Source of the DNA: Chrysomallon squamiferum | Lineage: Eukaryota > Animalia > Mollusca | NCBI GenBank assembly: GCA_012295275.1 | Contig: CM022677.1 | Location: 4,836,001-4,900,000, forward strand | Length of the DNA stretch: 64,000 nt | Direction of reading: 5' to 3' | Notes under the pieces: generated by a model | Seen by the model: the letters and a program-made list of their open reading frames with translations, nothing else | Database searches by the model: none | Told to the model about the DNA's origin: nothing | Program-made: the position numbers and the translations under genes | Shown here: piece by piece, positions 1-13,205 of the stretch | Layout: every line of letters starts with the position of its first letter | How positions within the stretch are numbered: position 1 is the stretch's first letter

Positions 1-1855
1 TAGAAGACTCTTTTGGCCTTCCATACATGTTATAATGTATAACCCGAGATAATACTTTGTCAACTTCAGTTGCTTTTGCAATATTTCTTGCAGTGGTAGG
101 TAATCCATTGACTTGATTTCTCATTGCTTGCTTGTCTTCATGCCAAAACACACTTTCAGATATTTCTTCAGTTTGCAAGTCGTAGTAGGGACAGTGCATC
201 AGCATTTCCATTTTTGGTAGTTTTTCTGTACTTAATGTCAAACTGATATCCAGCTAACTGAATAGCCCAACGCTGTAGTCGAGAGGCTGTCAGAACAGGA
301 ATATTCTTTTTAGGTCCAAGAATCATTGTCAGTGGTTTACGATCTGTGAACAAGTAAATCTTCTAACATACAGGTACTGATGGAACTTGTGTATTCCAGA
401 AATTATTGCCAGTGCTTCTTTCTCAATTTGGGAATACTTGTGTTCTGCTGATGTCAGAGTTCTAGAAACGTATGCTTGCTATTGGCCTTTCTGATCCTTC
501 ATTTCCATATGATATTATAACTCCAAGACCATGCGCAGATGCATCTACTGCCAACATTACTGGTTTCATCGGGTCATAGTGGACAAGAATTTTAGATGAT
601 GCTAACAGTTTTCCCACTTTGGAAAATGCTTGCTGACAATCATCACTCCATTTCCACTCTGAGTCTTTGGTTAACAACGCTGTTAGCGGTGCCACCACTG
701 TTGATGTGTTGGATACAAACTTGCGATAGTAATTCACAATACCTAACCAAGAATGCAACTCACTCTTGTTCTTAGGTTCGGGCACTTTCAAAATAGATCC
801 AACTTTTCTTTCAGAAGGTTGAATCCCATTTTTGTTCACAATAAATGCAAAGTACTCAACTTCATTTTTCATCAATGCACATTTGGACCTTTTCAGTTGA
901 ATTCGATATTTTTCTAGGCGTTTCGAAGTGTTTTTCAAATGTTTCAAGTGTTCGGTGTCATCCTTTCCAGTGACTATGATGTCATCCAAAATGTAACCTA
1001 CACCTTTTAGCCCTTGAAGCACTTTGACCATAGTTTGTTGAAAATTAGCAGGCGCTGCAGCAGCTCCAAATGGCGATAAAGTCCAAGGTGAGTAGTGATT
1101 GTGACATAGTTCCTCGACTCTTTATCAAGGAACACTTGCTGGTATCCATGTGACAAATCCAGTTTGGAGAACTTTTGTCCTCAATTGAGTTTGCTGAAAA
1201 TGTCTTCTGCAGTGGGCAAAGGGTACTCGGGCACTTCCAACACAGGATTTATGGTAACCTTGTAATCGCCACAAATGTGAATGGTATTGTCAGGTTTTAA
1301 AACAGGTACAATAGGAGAAACCCATTAAGAAAAATCCACCTTTTCTACAATTCCTTCTGCTTCAAGTCTGTGAAGTTCATCAGAAATCTTTTCCTGAAAA
1401 ACTTTGGAGTAGCATCCTCTTTCACTTTCAGATGAGCTCTTATGCCATTTTACTGTTCCCAATTCATATTCTTAATACTGTTCCAGTCCAACTGAATATT
1501 TTGGAACCAATTCCATCCAAACAAAGTTGGTTCATTTCCTTTCACCACAATTAAAGGTAAAAGTTTTTTCTGCTTTCCATATTTAACAGTCACCTCAATT
1601 TGCCCCAGGACTGGCACCACTTCATCTGTATAAGTTTTCAACACAATCGATATTGATTTCAATGACACTGTTTTCTTCAATTTTTCCTGATAACTCTTAT
1701 TAGAAATTATCGACACAGAAGCACCTGTATCTACTTCCACTTTGAATGGCACACCATTGAGTTACAATGAAATTTGAATTTCTTTCGCTTTTGTAGATTT
1801 CACTGTGAAAATTGACTGTTCAAAATCACCGTCATTTCTTTCCATTGCAACCTCT
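1..1855 (-). mobile_element. Degenerate Ty3/Gypsy LTR-retrotransposon pol (aspartic protease, RT, RNase H), running off the left edge
   Basis: ORF 1450-1752 has the protease motif VDTGAS. ORF 462-1031 has the RT motif YILDDIIV and the RNase H motif LAVDASAHGLG. ORF 168-353 reads TDRKPL..RLQRWAIQL..NGNADALS. Domain order is PR-RT-RH, with several stops and frameshifts. Confidence 0.93.
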
Positions 1856-3188
1856 TTATGGAATGGAATGGAAAAGAATGAACGTGCTAATCAGAGCAAG
1901 CTGTTGTGAAGCTTTCTGACAGGTCAGCGGGCGTGTCCGTCGCAGAAAAGTTTTGGGTAGGGTAAGAGTTAGAGAGTGGATAGAGAATGGGTTCTCGCCA
2001 CGATTGCAGGACACAAGGGAGTGTATCGGATCGTAACGAGGCGGTGCTGATGTTTCGCCCCCTGTGGTCTCCGGCACAGTCTCCCAGTCATCACCGGCTC
2101 CGTGTTGTTTGCGTCCTGCTTGTTCTGCTCTTCGCTGCTGCTTATGTTGTTTCTTTTTGGCTGTTTCCTTCTGGTCCACGTAGTCCAAACCTGCTATTTT
2201 TTTTTTTTTTTTTGCCAATGGTCTTTTTATTATTTTAAAAGATATTATAAACACCTGCAACTAAAACAAATAAGAACATAAATGTAGTTAACTTATTTAC
2301 ATTTTTTTTTTTAATTTAAAAGATGTTATAAATCCTGCAGCTAGGACTAAGAATATGGGAAAAAAAAAAAAAATTAAATTAATTAAATTATAAAAAAAAA
2401 TTAATTTGAAAAAACACAAAAAAACCCCCACCATAACCGGGTTAGTATTGTCTGAAAGTGGGTACGTATAGTACGTTTATCCTTGTTTTTAATTATTAAT
2501 TTAATTGGCCATTCAAATTGATTCGTCAATCAGCCGATCCATCCGTCGATCCACTAGCTGTTCAACCAATCAATCCGCAAGTCAATAGATTTATATAATT
2601 GTTGTTTGTTTTCGTGTCAAAAAAAAAAAAGTTTAAAGTTTATGTTTTGTGTTCAGAATGTATGTTGTTACTGCAGCAAGGACTAAATCTCTGTCTTTCG
2701 TGTTCGGTGCCAAGATGTGTTGGAGTGTGAACTCGATTTTTAGTTCCTGCAATGTGTTGTGTAGTGCTTGTCTTTCCTTGGTGAAATTCTGACAGTGAAA
2801 CAAGTAGTGTTTCATGGTTTCGGAGAGTCCACAGCCGCAATTGGGTGATGTGGTGATGTTATGTTTGTATCGAATTGCATTTAGATTGGTTGAGTAGCCA
2901 ATTCTGGCTTTGGTGAGATTGTTGTTGTGTAGTTTGTTGGCGAGTGTGATTTTGGGTGTTTTGGCGAGTGGTTTGATGTTTAAATGCCATTTGTTTTTGG
3001 TGTTGTTCCATTTGTTTTGCCACTGTTTGTCATAATGTTTGGCAGCGATGGAGACAATTTCGTTTATTCCGTAGTGTATGTTTGTGCAGATGTCTTCGTC
3101 TTTAATGCTGAGTGACTCTTTGGCGTAGTGGTCAGCGAGTTTGTTGCCGATGATGCCGACGTGTGCTGGGAGCCACTTGATGATTAGT

Positions 3189-3445
3189 TGTTTGTTGTTG
3201 TGTTGTATGTCCTCGTGTAGATGTTGTATTCTGCTGAGTAGGTCTGGTCTGCTGGAATGTCCGGATTGTATGGAGATGACAGAACTTAGACTGTCTGAGA
3301 AGATGACTGTGTGTTTGTTGTTGTGTTGTATGTCCTCGTGTAGATGTTGTATTCTGCTGAGTAGGTCTGGTCTGCTGGAATGTCCGGATTGTATGGAGCT
3401 GACAGAACTTAGACTGTCCGAGAAGATGACTGTGTGTTTGTTGTT
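3189..3445. repeat. 123-bp in-frame tandem duplication inside the LINE RNase H domain
   Basis: A 41-aa block (NKHTVIFSDSLSS..EDIQHN) occurs twice; cctcgtgtag recurs at 3211 and 3334. Confidence 0.95.
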
Positions 3446-5917
3446 GTTGTGTTTTACCCACAGCATGGCTCTGGTGATGGCAACCAGTTCGGCAGTGTAT
3501 AACGAAAGGTGATTTCTGATGCGGCTGAATTGTATGCATGTGGGTTTGTTTGTGTGATATTGGGCTATGAAGGCGAATCCTATTTTCCCGTTGTCTGGGT
3601 TTTTGGATCCGTTGGTGTAGATGTGCGTGTGTTGTTTGTAGAGGTCGTTTGCTGCTGCCAAAAAAATGGCTTTTTTGAACGGTGGTATCTCTGTTTTGTC
3701 AGTTTCTCTTTTGATCAGGAAAGGTGTGTTTATTGCTGGTTTTGTTTCTTTGTGGTATGTCGGCAGTGGCATTTCCCCTATTCCTGTTTCCGTTTCGATT
3801 GAGCTGGCTTTACTATGGAAATTCGATAGTAGTAGACTGTGATTTAAAGAGTTGTCCTATCCTTTGGTGGTCGGGGACCAGATCCTTGACCGTGTGGTCT
3901 GTGTTGAGTGTGTGTATTCTCAGGTTGTATTTCAGTAGCTGTAGCTTTCTTCTGTATTTCAGTGGTTGGATGCTGTATTCTGACAGGAGGCTGTCGGATG
4001 GTGTTGTGTTTGGCAGGTGGCCGATCACTCTGAGGGCGCTGGATTGAATTACGTTTAGTTTTTTAAAAGAGAATTTGGGAGCATTTGAGTAAGCCGTGGC
4101 TCCATAGTCGAGCCTGGAGAGAATACACGCTTTGTATATCAAAATTAGCATTGACTCGTTTGCTCCCCAACTGGTACCGGAAATTAGCTTTAGAAGATTG
4201 GGTGTTTTTTTGCAGCATGCAATTATGTTGTGTATGTGGCATCGGAAGTTGAGTTGACTGTTGAATGTCACACCTAAAAATTGGAATGTCTTTGTTTGTG
4301 TTATGACATTGTTGTCGATGTTTAGTGTGATTTTGCTGTTGTCTGATTTCTTGTTGAACAGGAGGCATGTCGTTTTGGAAAGAGAAATCTTTATACCCCA
4401 TTTCAACATCCAGTCGTTTACATTGTTTAAGTCTTTTTGTATTTGTTTCTGTATTGCTGAGGTCAATCTGCCTGCACACCAAAGTGCAGTCGTCTGCGAA
4501 GAGTGCTGTCTTTATTGGTTCAGTTGGTGGATTTTTGGCATTGTCTTGTTTGTCGAGTGCTGTGACGATGTTGTTGATGTAGATGTTGAAGAGTGTGGGT
4601 GAGATCATGGATCCTTGTGGGATGCCGTTTTCGATTGTCGTTTTCTCTGAGGTGTGACCGTTCACTTTGACTGCTATGGATCTGTTGTTAATAAAGTCTT
4701 TGATAAAGTTGAACATGTTGCCTTTGATGTTGTTGTTGATTAATTTGATGAGCAGTCCTTCCCTCCATACCATGTCGAATGCTTTTTCAATGTCTAGGAA
4801 TACTGCGAGGACGTGTTTTGATTTTCTAAAAGATTGGTTGATTGATGTTTGCAGGCAGGTGATCTGGTTGTTTGTGCTGGGTTTCTTCCTGAAGCCACTT
4901 TGCTATTTGCTGATTAAATTGTTGTTGTTTAGATGCTTGCTCAGGTGTGTGTTGACATTGTTTCCAGTGTTTTGCACATGTGTAACATCAGTGTGATGTT
5001 GGGTAGTGTAGCTGTTGGGTAGTGAGTGATCTTTGTGTGGTTTGGGCAAGCTGAAACATTCAGCGTGTTTCCAGCTGGTTGGAATCTTGCCTGTGGTCCA
5101 TACTGTGTTGTAGAGATCGAGTATGACGAGTAGTGTTTCGTCTGGTAGGTTTTGTAGTATTGTTTAGCTTGTTTTATCTGGCCCTGTGGCTGTCCTTTTC
5201 TTGTTTTTGAGTGCATGTTTTAATTCGCTGATGTTGAATAGTTGATTGTATTTATGTTTTCTGTGTCTGCGGAGTGTTCGTTGATTGTTAGGTTGTCCAG
5301 TGGTTTCTTTGTGAATTTCAGTGGGAAGTTCGAGTTGTTGCTGGACTTGGCGAAGGTTTGCCTGAGTAGGTCCGCTTTTTGCTTGTCGGTGAATGCGATG
5401 TTGTTTTTGCCAAAAGTGTTGATTCCGTGGGTTTTTTTTCCTTGGATGTTTTTTACTTTGGCCCATATGTCTTTGACTGATGTTGTGTGGTCGATGTTGT
5501 TGCAAAAAAGTTCCCAGTGTTCTTGTTTTCCTGTGAGTATTATGTTGTCTTTTTTGTATTGTCTTCTGAATTTGTTTCTCTCTTTTACATTTCTTTTCTA
5601 TGCATTCCACTCACCAGGGAGTGGATATGTTGCCGGTGCATCGTCTGGTTTTTGGTGTGAATCTGTTTGCAGTGAAGAGTATCGCATTGGTGAGTGATGT
5701 GCAGTAGGTGTCGATGTCGTTGCAGTTCTGTGTGGTGATGTTTCTGCATGCTTTGTAGAAGCCTTCCCAGTCCGCTTTGTTGAAGTTCCATTTGGGTGTG
5801 AAGATGGATCTGTCCGAGAAGGTGTTCTTGCTGTTGTAGTTGGTGAGTATCGGGTGGTGGTCGCTGTTTAGCTCATCGAGCACTTGTCATTCAGAGAGCG
5901 CTGCGATGTCCTTACTT

Positions 5918-6130
5918 GTGAATGTTAGATCAATGGCGGTTTGGCTACCAGTGATGTCACTGGTGTATGTGAATGTTAGATCAATGGCGGTTTGGCTACC
6001 AGTGATGTCACTGGTGTATGTGAATGTTAGATCAATGGCGGTTTGGCTACCAGTGATGTCACTGGTGTATGTGAATGTTAGATCAATGGCAGTTTGGACA
6101 CCAGTGATGTTGCTAGTGTATGTGAATGTT
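5918..6130. repeat. 51-bp tandem repeat, 4 copies, inside the LINE endonuclease region
   Basis: Unit gtgaatgttagatcaatggcggtttggctaccagtgatgtcactggtgtat. Confidence 0.95.
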
Positions 6131-6656
6131 CCGTTGTTCAGACAGACCAGCTGGTTTTGCTCTGGGAAATTTTCGAGGACAATTCCAGGGCTGTCGTCTG
6201 TGACCCCCTCATAGGGTGTTGTGACAGTTGAAATCGCACATTATAATGAGCTTGTTGTTTCTTGTTATCATTTTGTTTAAGTCGTGGGTTTGAATGGTGT
6301 GTAGTGCGGGAGTGGGTGGGCTGTATACGTTAATTAGGTCGATGTTTTGATTGTTGTTGTGTACTGTGATACTTAATAGTTCTATGTTGGTATGGAGTTT
6401 GCCTTGGATCAGCTTGGTGTGTGGAATGTCTTGTTTGATGAGTGTCATGATGCCTTCCTGGGTGCTGTTGAATCTGTTGACATAATGACTTTGGTACCCG
6501 GGGACCTTAAAGGTTTTTGTTGTTTTGTTGTTTTTGTTGTAATGTCCTAGCCATGTTTCTTGTATACATATTACATCTGGTGTGTTTCTAGTGGAGGCCA
6601 GGAAGTGTACGAGTTCATCTCCATGGCCTACTGAGTGGAGGCCTTTAGCGTTCCAT

Positions 6657-8960
6657 TGAAGAGTGGAGAGGTCTGTGTTATTGTGTGCTTGTTGTGAAGA
6701 GTGGAGAGACCCCTGTGTTATTGTGTTTGTGAAGAGTTGAGAGGTCTGTGTTATTGTGTGCTTGTTGTGAAGTTTCTGAGAGGTCTGTGTTATTGTGTGC
6801 TTGTTGTGAAGAGTTGAGAGGTCTGTGTTATTTGTGTGCTTGTTGTGAAGAGTGGAGAGGTCTGTGTTATTGTGTGTGTTGTAGTTGTGTGCTTGTTGTG
6901 AAGAGTGGAGAGGTCTGTGTTATTTGTGTTTGACTTGTTGTGAAGAGTGGAGAGGTCTGTGTTATTTGTGCTTGTTGTGAAGAGTTGAGAGATGGAGTTG
7001 TTGTGAAGGTTGAGAGGTCTGTGTTATTATTGTGTCTTGTTGTGAAGAGTGGAGAGGTCTGTGTTATTGTGTGCTTGTTGTGAAGAGTTGAGAGGTCTGT
7101 GTTATTGTGTGCTTGTTGTTGTCTGTGTTATTGTGTGCTTGTTGTGAAGAGTGGAGAGGTCTGTGTTATTGTGTGCTTGTTGTGAAGAGTTGAGAGGTCT
7201 GTGTTATTGTGTGCTTGTTGTGAAGAGTTGAGAGGTCTGTGTTATTGTGTGCTTGTTGTGAAGAGTGGAGAGGTCTGTGTTATTGTGTGCTTGTTTTGTG
7301 TCCTGCCATTGTTCTTGTGAAGATGAGAGGTCATATTACTTGTTGTGAAGAGTGGAGAGGTCTGTGTTATTGTGTGCTTTGTGAAGAGTGGAGAGGACCT
7401 GTGTTATTGTGTGCTTGTTTGAAGAGTGGAGAGTCTGTGTTATTGTGTGCTTGTTGTGAAGAGTGGAGAGGTCTGTGTTATTGTGTGCTTGTTGTGAAGA
7501 GTGGAGAGGTCTGTGTTATTGTGTGCTTGTTGCTTGTTGTGCTTGTTGTGAAGAGTGGAGAGACCTGTGTGTATTATTGTGTGCTTGTTGTGAAGAGTGG
7601 AGAGGTCTGTGTTATTGTGTGCTTGTTGTGAAGAGTGGAGAGGTCTGTGTTATTGTGTGCTTGTTGTGAAGAGTGGAGAGGTCTGTGTTATTGTGTGCTT
7701 GTTGTGAAGAGTGGAGAGACCTGTGTTATTGTGTGCTTGTTGTGAAGAGTGGAGAGACCTGTGTTATTGTGTGCTTGTTGTGAAGAGTGGAGAGGTCTGT
7801 GTTATTGTGTGCTTGTTGTGAAGAGTGGAGAGGTCTGTGTTATTGTTGTGTGCTTGTGTTATTGTGTGCTTGTTGTGAAGAGTGGAGAGGTCTGTGTTAT
7901 TGTGTGCTTGTTGTGAAGAGTGGAGAGGGAGAGGTCTGTGTTTATTGTGCTTGTTGTGAAGAGTGGAGAGGTCTGTGTTTATTGTGTTGGAGAGACCTGT
8001 GTTATTGTGTGCTTGTTGTGAAGAGTGGAGAGGTCTGTGTTATTGTGTGCTTGTTGTGAAGAGTGGAGAGGTCTGTGTTATTGTGTGCTTGTTGTGAAGA
8101 GTTGAGAGGTCTGTGTTATTGTGTGCTTGCTTGTTGTTGAGAGGTCTGTGTTATTGTGTGCTTGTTGTGAAGAGTGGAGAGGTCTGTGTTATTGTGTGCT
8201 TGTTGTGAAGAGTGGAGAGGTCTGTGTTATTGTGTGCTTGTTGTGAAGAGTGGAGAGGTCTGTGTTATTGTGTGCTTGTTGTGAAGAGTGGAGAGGTCTG
8301 TGTTATTGTGTGCTTGTTGTGAAGAGTGGGAGAGGCCTGTGATTGTTATGGAGAGACCTTGTTGTGAAGAAGATTGTGTGCTTGTTGTGAAGAGTGGAGA
8401 GACCTGTGTGTTATTGTGTGCTTGTTGTGAAGAGTGGAGAGACCTGTGTTATTGTGTGCTTGTTGTGAAGAGTGGAGAGACCTGTGTTATTGTGTGCTTG
8501 TTGTTGGAGAGACCTGTGTGTTATTGTGCTTGTTGTGAAGAGTGGAGAGACCTGTGTTATTGTGTGCTTGTTGTGAAGAGTGGAGAGACCTGTGTTATTG
8601 TGTGCTTGTTGTGAAGAGTGGAGAGACCTGTGTTATTGTGTGCTTGTTGTGAAGAGTGGAGAGACCTGTGTTATTGTGTGCTTGTTGTGAAGAGTGGAGA
8701 GACCTGTGTTTTTGTGCTTGTTGTGAAGAGTGGAGAGACCTGTGTTATTGTGTGCTTGTTGTGAAGAGTGGAGAGACCTGTGTTATTGTGTGCTTGTTGT
8801 GAAGAGTGGAGAGGTCTGTGTTATTGTGTGCTTGTTGTGAAGAGTGGAGAGGTCTGTGTTATTGTGTGCTTGTTGTGAAGAGTGGAGAGGTCTGTGTTAT
8901 TGTGTACTTGTTGTGAAGAGTGGAGAGGTCTGTGTTATTGTGTGCTTGTTGTGAAGAGTG
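6657..8960. repeat. 38-bp minisatellite (~2.3 kb, roughly 60 units) at the LINE ORF1/ORF2 junction
   Basis: Unit tgaagagtggagaggtctgtgttattgtgtgcttgttg. On the minus strand it runs directly into the ORF2 start (..TDLSTLQWNAKG). Confidence 0.97.
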
Positions 8961-10560
8961 TGTAAATGGCTGTTATTGTTTAGTTTGTTTTGTTTTTGTT
9001 CACTGTTGTTTTGTGTTTGTAGAATTTCTCCTGTCTGTGTGTAGTTTTAGTCTTTTGTCGTTTGTGTGTATTTTGAAGCCCAGGCTGTCTTCAATTATTT
9101 GGGCTACTGTGTATTCCAAACTGGCGTCGTCATTGGTATTTCCTTGATTGGTTCTGATGTTCTGAAGCTCTATCAAGAGGCAGACAATGATTTTATGGAT
9201 TTCTGCGATCCTGACCTCCTTGTCCAGATTGTCTGTCGGTTTGTTGTTGTGTTGGTCAGTTTTTTCCATGATGGGTTTGGTTTTTTGTTCCATTTTCTGA
9301 CATTTTTTGTTGACATTTTGTAAAATTTTGTTGTCTCTCCTGTTGTGTTCAAAGTTGTTGTTTGCTTTTATTTTGGCTGGGCACATCTTGTAGTGAGATT
9401 CGTGTGGACCCTGGCAATTTGCGCATTTTGCCAGAGAACGGCATTGGCCTGAGTTTCTGTGGTGATTTCCACTGCAGAAGCTGCATGTTAGTGATTTCTG
9501 GTTGTGTCTGTGGGTGCACTGGTTTGTGATGTGCCCCCATTTCTGCCAGTGGCTGCACTTGGGCAACTGCGGCCTCATTTCTGCCAGTGTGTATTTGTAC
9601 CCATCAATGGTGATGGTTGTGTTTATTAGTTTTCTGTTAAAAGTCAGTGTGGTCCAGTAATTTGGATTTCTCCACATTTCCACACCGACTAGTGTTGAAT
9701 TTGTTTGTTTGTTGTACTAGTTCTTTGTTGAACATTTCAAAGAAATCCAGTTTGTTTGCATGCGGGTAATACAAACCCAAATCTTTTGAAATGTATTTAT
9801 ATATTGTTGTATCTTTTGCTTTTGTTGTTTGTTTAGGTTGTTGTTGTTGTTGTTTTGTAATTGGTAGTTGTTTTGGCTGCTGTTGTGTGAGCAGTGTTTT
9901 TCTGGATTGTGGTGTGGGTGTTTTTGTTTGTGTCTGTTTTGTGTCAGGGATTATTTTTGGTAAAACTCTGACGACAAATGTTTCATCACAGATGGTAATG
10001 TTGGGACTGATTGTTTTAAGTGTTTTTGTGTCTACTTCGAAGTAGATTTCTTTTCCGTTTTGGTTATTGTTGACTTTTGTTGTTTTGTCTATAATATGTA
10101 TTTGTGCATCTAGTAAGTAGCGCTGTTGATGTTTGTATGGTTTTGTTTATGTATTGCGATGGTGGTTCAGCGGTGGGTGTGTGTGTTTTTTTTTTCTTTT
10201 AATCATTTTCCAAACGTTTTGATTGCTTTCGTTTTCCGTGTCTGTTTCCCGTAGCCTCACCAAAATGTGCAGATTTGATAATTTGTGTTCTTTCTCTGTG
10301 TCCGAATGTGAATGTTGGGCTGTGTTTCTCTTCTTTTGTTTTCTGGTGCTTTTTTTTCTACGGAGCTAGGGCTCCTGTTCCTGGCTCTTTTTGGAACTTT
10401 AGTTTCCATATCTGAATTATCTGTTCCTGTGCTGTAAATTTTCATGTTTTTTGTTGCCATGTTTGTTGTGTAAGTGTATGGGTTGTTGTTGTTTTGTTGT
10501 TATTGTTTTTTTTTTTTTAAATACTTCGATTTTAAAAATATACTTAGATTTTTAAATATA

Positions 10561-11760
10561 CAGGGTGTCCCAGAAGTCACGCACCATGAAGATTTTTATT
10601 TAGATACATATGAATAAAACTTTTATTAATAATAATCATAACAAATGCTCAAATTGCTTGCCCTCTGCATTGATACATACTTCAATTCTCTTTATACAAC
10701 TGTTTTTTCCTCTGTTGAGGGTTTCGCTACTAAGTTTTTGACATTCAGTTGTTATTGCATCTTTCAAATCATTAAGAGTTCGTGGACGATTCTGGTAAAC
10801 AACAGATTTAAGATGTCCCCAAAGAAAATAGTCAAGAGGTGACAGATCTGGTGATCGAGGTGGCCACTCCACAGGACCTCTTCGCCCAATCCATCTGTCA
10901 GGAAAAGTCTGATTCAGGTAGTTACGTACTGAAATAGCAAAGTGGGGTGGCGCTCCATCTTGCTGAAAAAAGAAATTTTGTTGTCGAATTACGGGAACAT
11001 TTTTAAAATAGTCAGACAAAAAGGTTTGCAGAAATTCTAAATAAGTTTCTCCAGTGATATTGTCAACATTAAAAAAATAAGGGCCAACAGTTTCCTCCTG
11101 CCATATTCCAGCCCAGACCATAATCTTAGGGTTAGTCTGATGATGTCCTTCCTCATTCCAGTTAGGATTTACTTCTGACCAATAGCGCATATTGTGTCAG
11201 TTTACGTGCCCATTTAAATGAAAAATTGCTTCATCACTGAATAATATTGAAGAATCTATGTGATTACACACTTATTCACAGAACTCTAATCGCTTATCAG
11301 TGTCATCGCCATGTACAGCTTGCACAAGATGAACTTTGTACGGATGGAATTTATGTGTCTTAAGAATACGATGAATTGATGATTTGCTCATTGTTAGCTC
11401 CTGGCTTATTTTCCTTATTGATTTCACGGGGCTTCTCGCAACATTTGCTAAAACCATTGTTGATGTTTCTTCATTAGTTGCACTCTTTCTTCATCCACAT
11501 CTCTCACGGTCAGCAACTGAACCTGTTTCTTGGAAACATTCAATCAAGCGGCAAACTGTAGTATGGCTTAATGGTTTTTCTCGTTCAGGATTAGTACAGT
11601 TGAATTCTTCAGCTACAGAGCGATATGTTGCACCATTTTTTCCAAACATAAAAACCAATTTAACTCTTTCTTTTATTGTTAGTTTTTCGCCCATATCTGT
11701 AATATAAAAAAAAAAAATATTATATACATGTATATGGTGCGCGAATTCTGGGACACTCTG
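10561..11760 (-). mobile_element. Complete 1.2-kb Tc1/mariner-superfamily element of the DD41D (rosa/Visitor) type; transposase inactivated by nonsense codons
   Basis: 26-bp imperfect TIRs: cagggtgtcccagaagtcacgcacca (10561-10586) and tggtgcgcgaattctgggacactctg (11735-11760). TA lies on the left flank. One reading frame, 11694-10636, has three stops. Motifs are FSDEA, QQDGAPPH and WPPRSPDLSPLD, with 41 residues between the second and third Asp. Confidence 0.92.
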
Positions 11761-12715
11761 AATATACATAAAAATAAATAAAAGAAATCGTATTAAAGAA
11801 TAAGTTTAGAATAAGATTCCTGTTGTTTTACTAAAAATATTTTACCATACAAATCTAACAAAAATGTTTTTCTTCTGTTGTTCACTTCTCTAGGCATAAT
11901 CATGGATAAACTTTCAGCTGTCCAGTCATTAGATTTCTTTGGCAGTGAAATCTTTGTTTCTTTTTCTTTGCCTCATTCTGATTTCATTTCTACAATATTG
12001 GTCCATTATAGTTATCTCTTTTTGTATGTGTGTAGGTGTGTGTGTATTTATTTATTTATTTTTAGGGGTTTTTTATCATTAGAAATGACAATCAAAATAC
12101 ATTGAATAATATGAACATATTTCACCTTCCCTGAAATGTTAATTACAAATTTTTAATATCTAATACAGGTAGTTATGTAAAAGTAATATTAAATAATACT
12201 AATTTTTACTTAATAAAACTGTGGTTTTGCCGTAAAGCGTTCCCTCAGACAATCTATTGTCTTTGTTTTTGGATGTTAAGGTAACTCAAAGTAATGTTAT
12301 TTTGGATCAGTTGTTTAGAAATAGTTCAGCATTTATTGAGCATACTTTTTATCTCTCAGAACTGTATTTAATCACTGACAAAACATGCTCTTATGATTAT
12401 TACGTCTATGTGGATGTGTTTAACGATGTCAGTTATATAAAATATGTTCAGGATAAGACGTATCTGCCGAGTGATCCCACCCCTAACACATTTGTAAATT
12501 GTTCAGACCACTAGTACTAGGGAGAGGTATGCACAAATATCTCGGAATTTGTTAGAGACAGTTCCCTTATGTTATGATTAGATTACTTTTTTCTTTTAAA
12601 TATATAGAATAAGAACAATTTACGTTAGCATACGCTTATTCACAAACTCATGCATACACATATATGCACCTATACGCACTCACACAGAGTATAAACTCAC
12701 ACACGCATACACACA

Positions 12716-12777
<62 letters not shown>

Positions 12778-13205
12778 GGACAAAACTGTTGAGAACTATG
12801 TAATAATACACACACCTCGGAGCTGTCTCTGGCGTTTTTCTTTACTGCACATTAAATAACAACAAGACTACATCTTTAGTGTAAACTACGTGCACACTGA
12901 AATATATATTTAAAAAAGAAACAAATTCGTCAAAAAGAAATAAAGGGTGACTCTAAACTTGTCAGTGCCAACTAAATCACTGCAAATACAGAAAAAATTA
13001 AAAGTGACAAAACATTTCTGTAACATAAAACAGTATAATATTATGTTCTAAGTTTTCCCGTTTATGCTAATATGTATTATTATACTAGAAGGTTACAAGT
13101 ATTATATTCTCATTTTTACTGAAAACGTAAATGTAACACATTTTTTTGAAATTTCTATAATCTTAATAAACTAAACAGTCAGGTATGATAATTATGTAGT
13201 CGGTG

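Larger units (their letters stand above)
2633..10460 (-). mobile_element. Near full-length degenerate I-group (I/Nimb-like) non-LTR retrotransposon: ORF1 with zinc knuckles; ORF2 with APE, RT, RNase H and a C-terminal zinc finger
   Basis: ORF1 pieces at 9000-10460 carry three CCHC-like knuckles (e.g. CANCQGPHESHYKMC). ORF2 starts LQWNAKGL..ICIQETWL (~6660-6550). It then has the APE motif SDHHPI, the RT motifs GIPQGSMISP and LFADD, RNase H (IYTNGSK, YTAELVAI, FSDSLS, WLPAHVGIIGN) and CGCGLSETMKHYLFHC. Many frameshifts. Confidence 0.93.

Noticed and set aside
3132-5791. Overlapping Q/T/H-rich and antisense ORFs
   Set aside because: They are shadow frames of the compositionally biased LINE ORF2.
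6748-9147. Cys-rich ORFs (LLCACCEEWRGLCYC) resembling metallothioneins
   Set aside because: They are translations of a 38-bp satellite that is not a multiple of three and lies antisense to the LINE.
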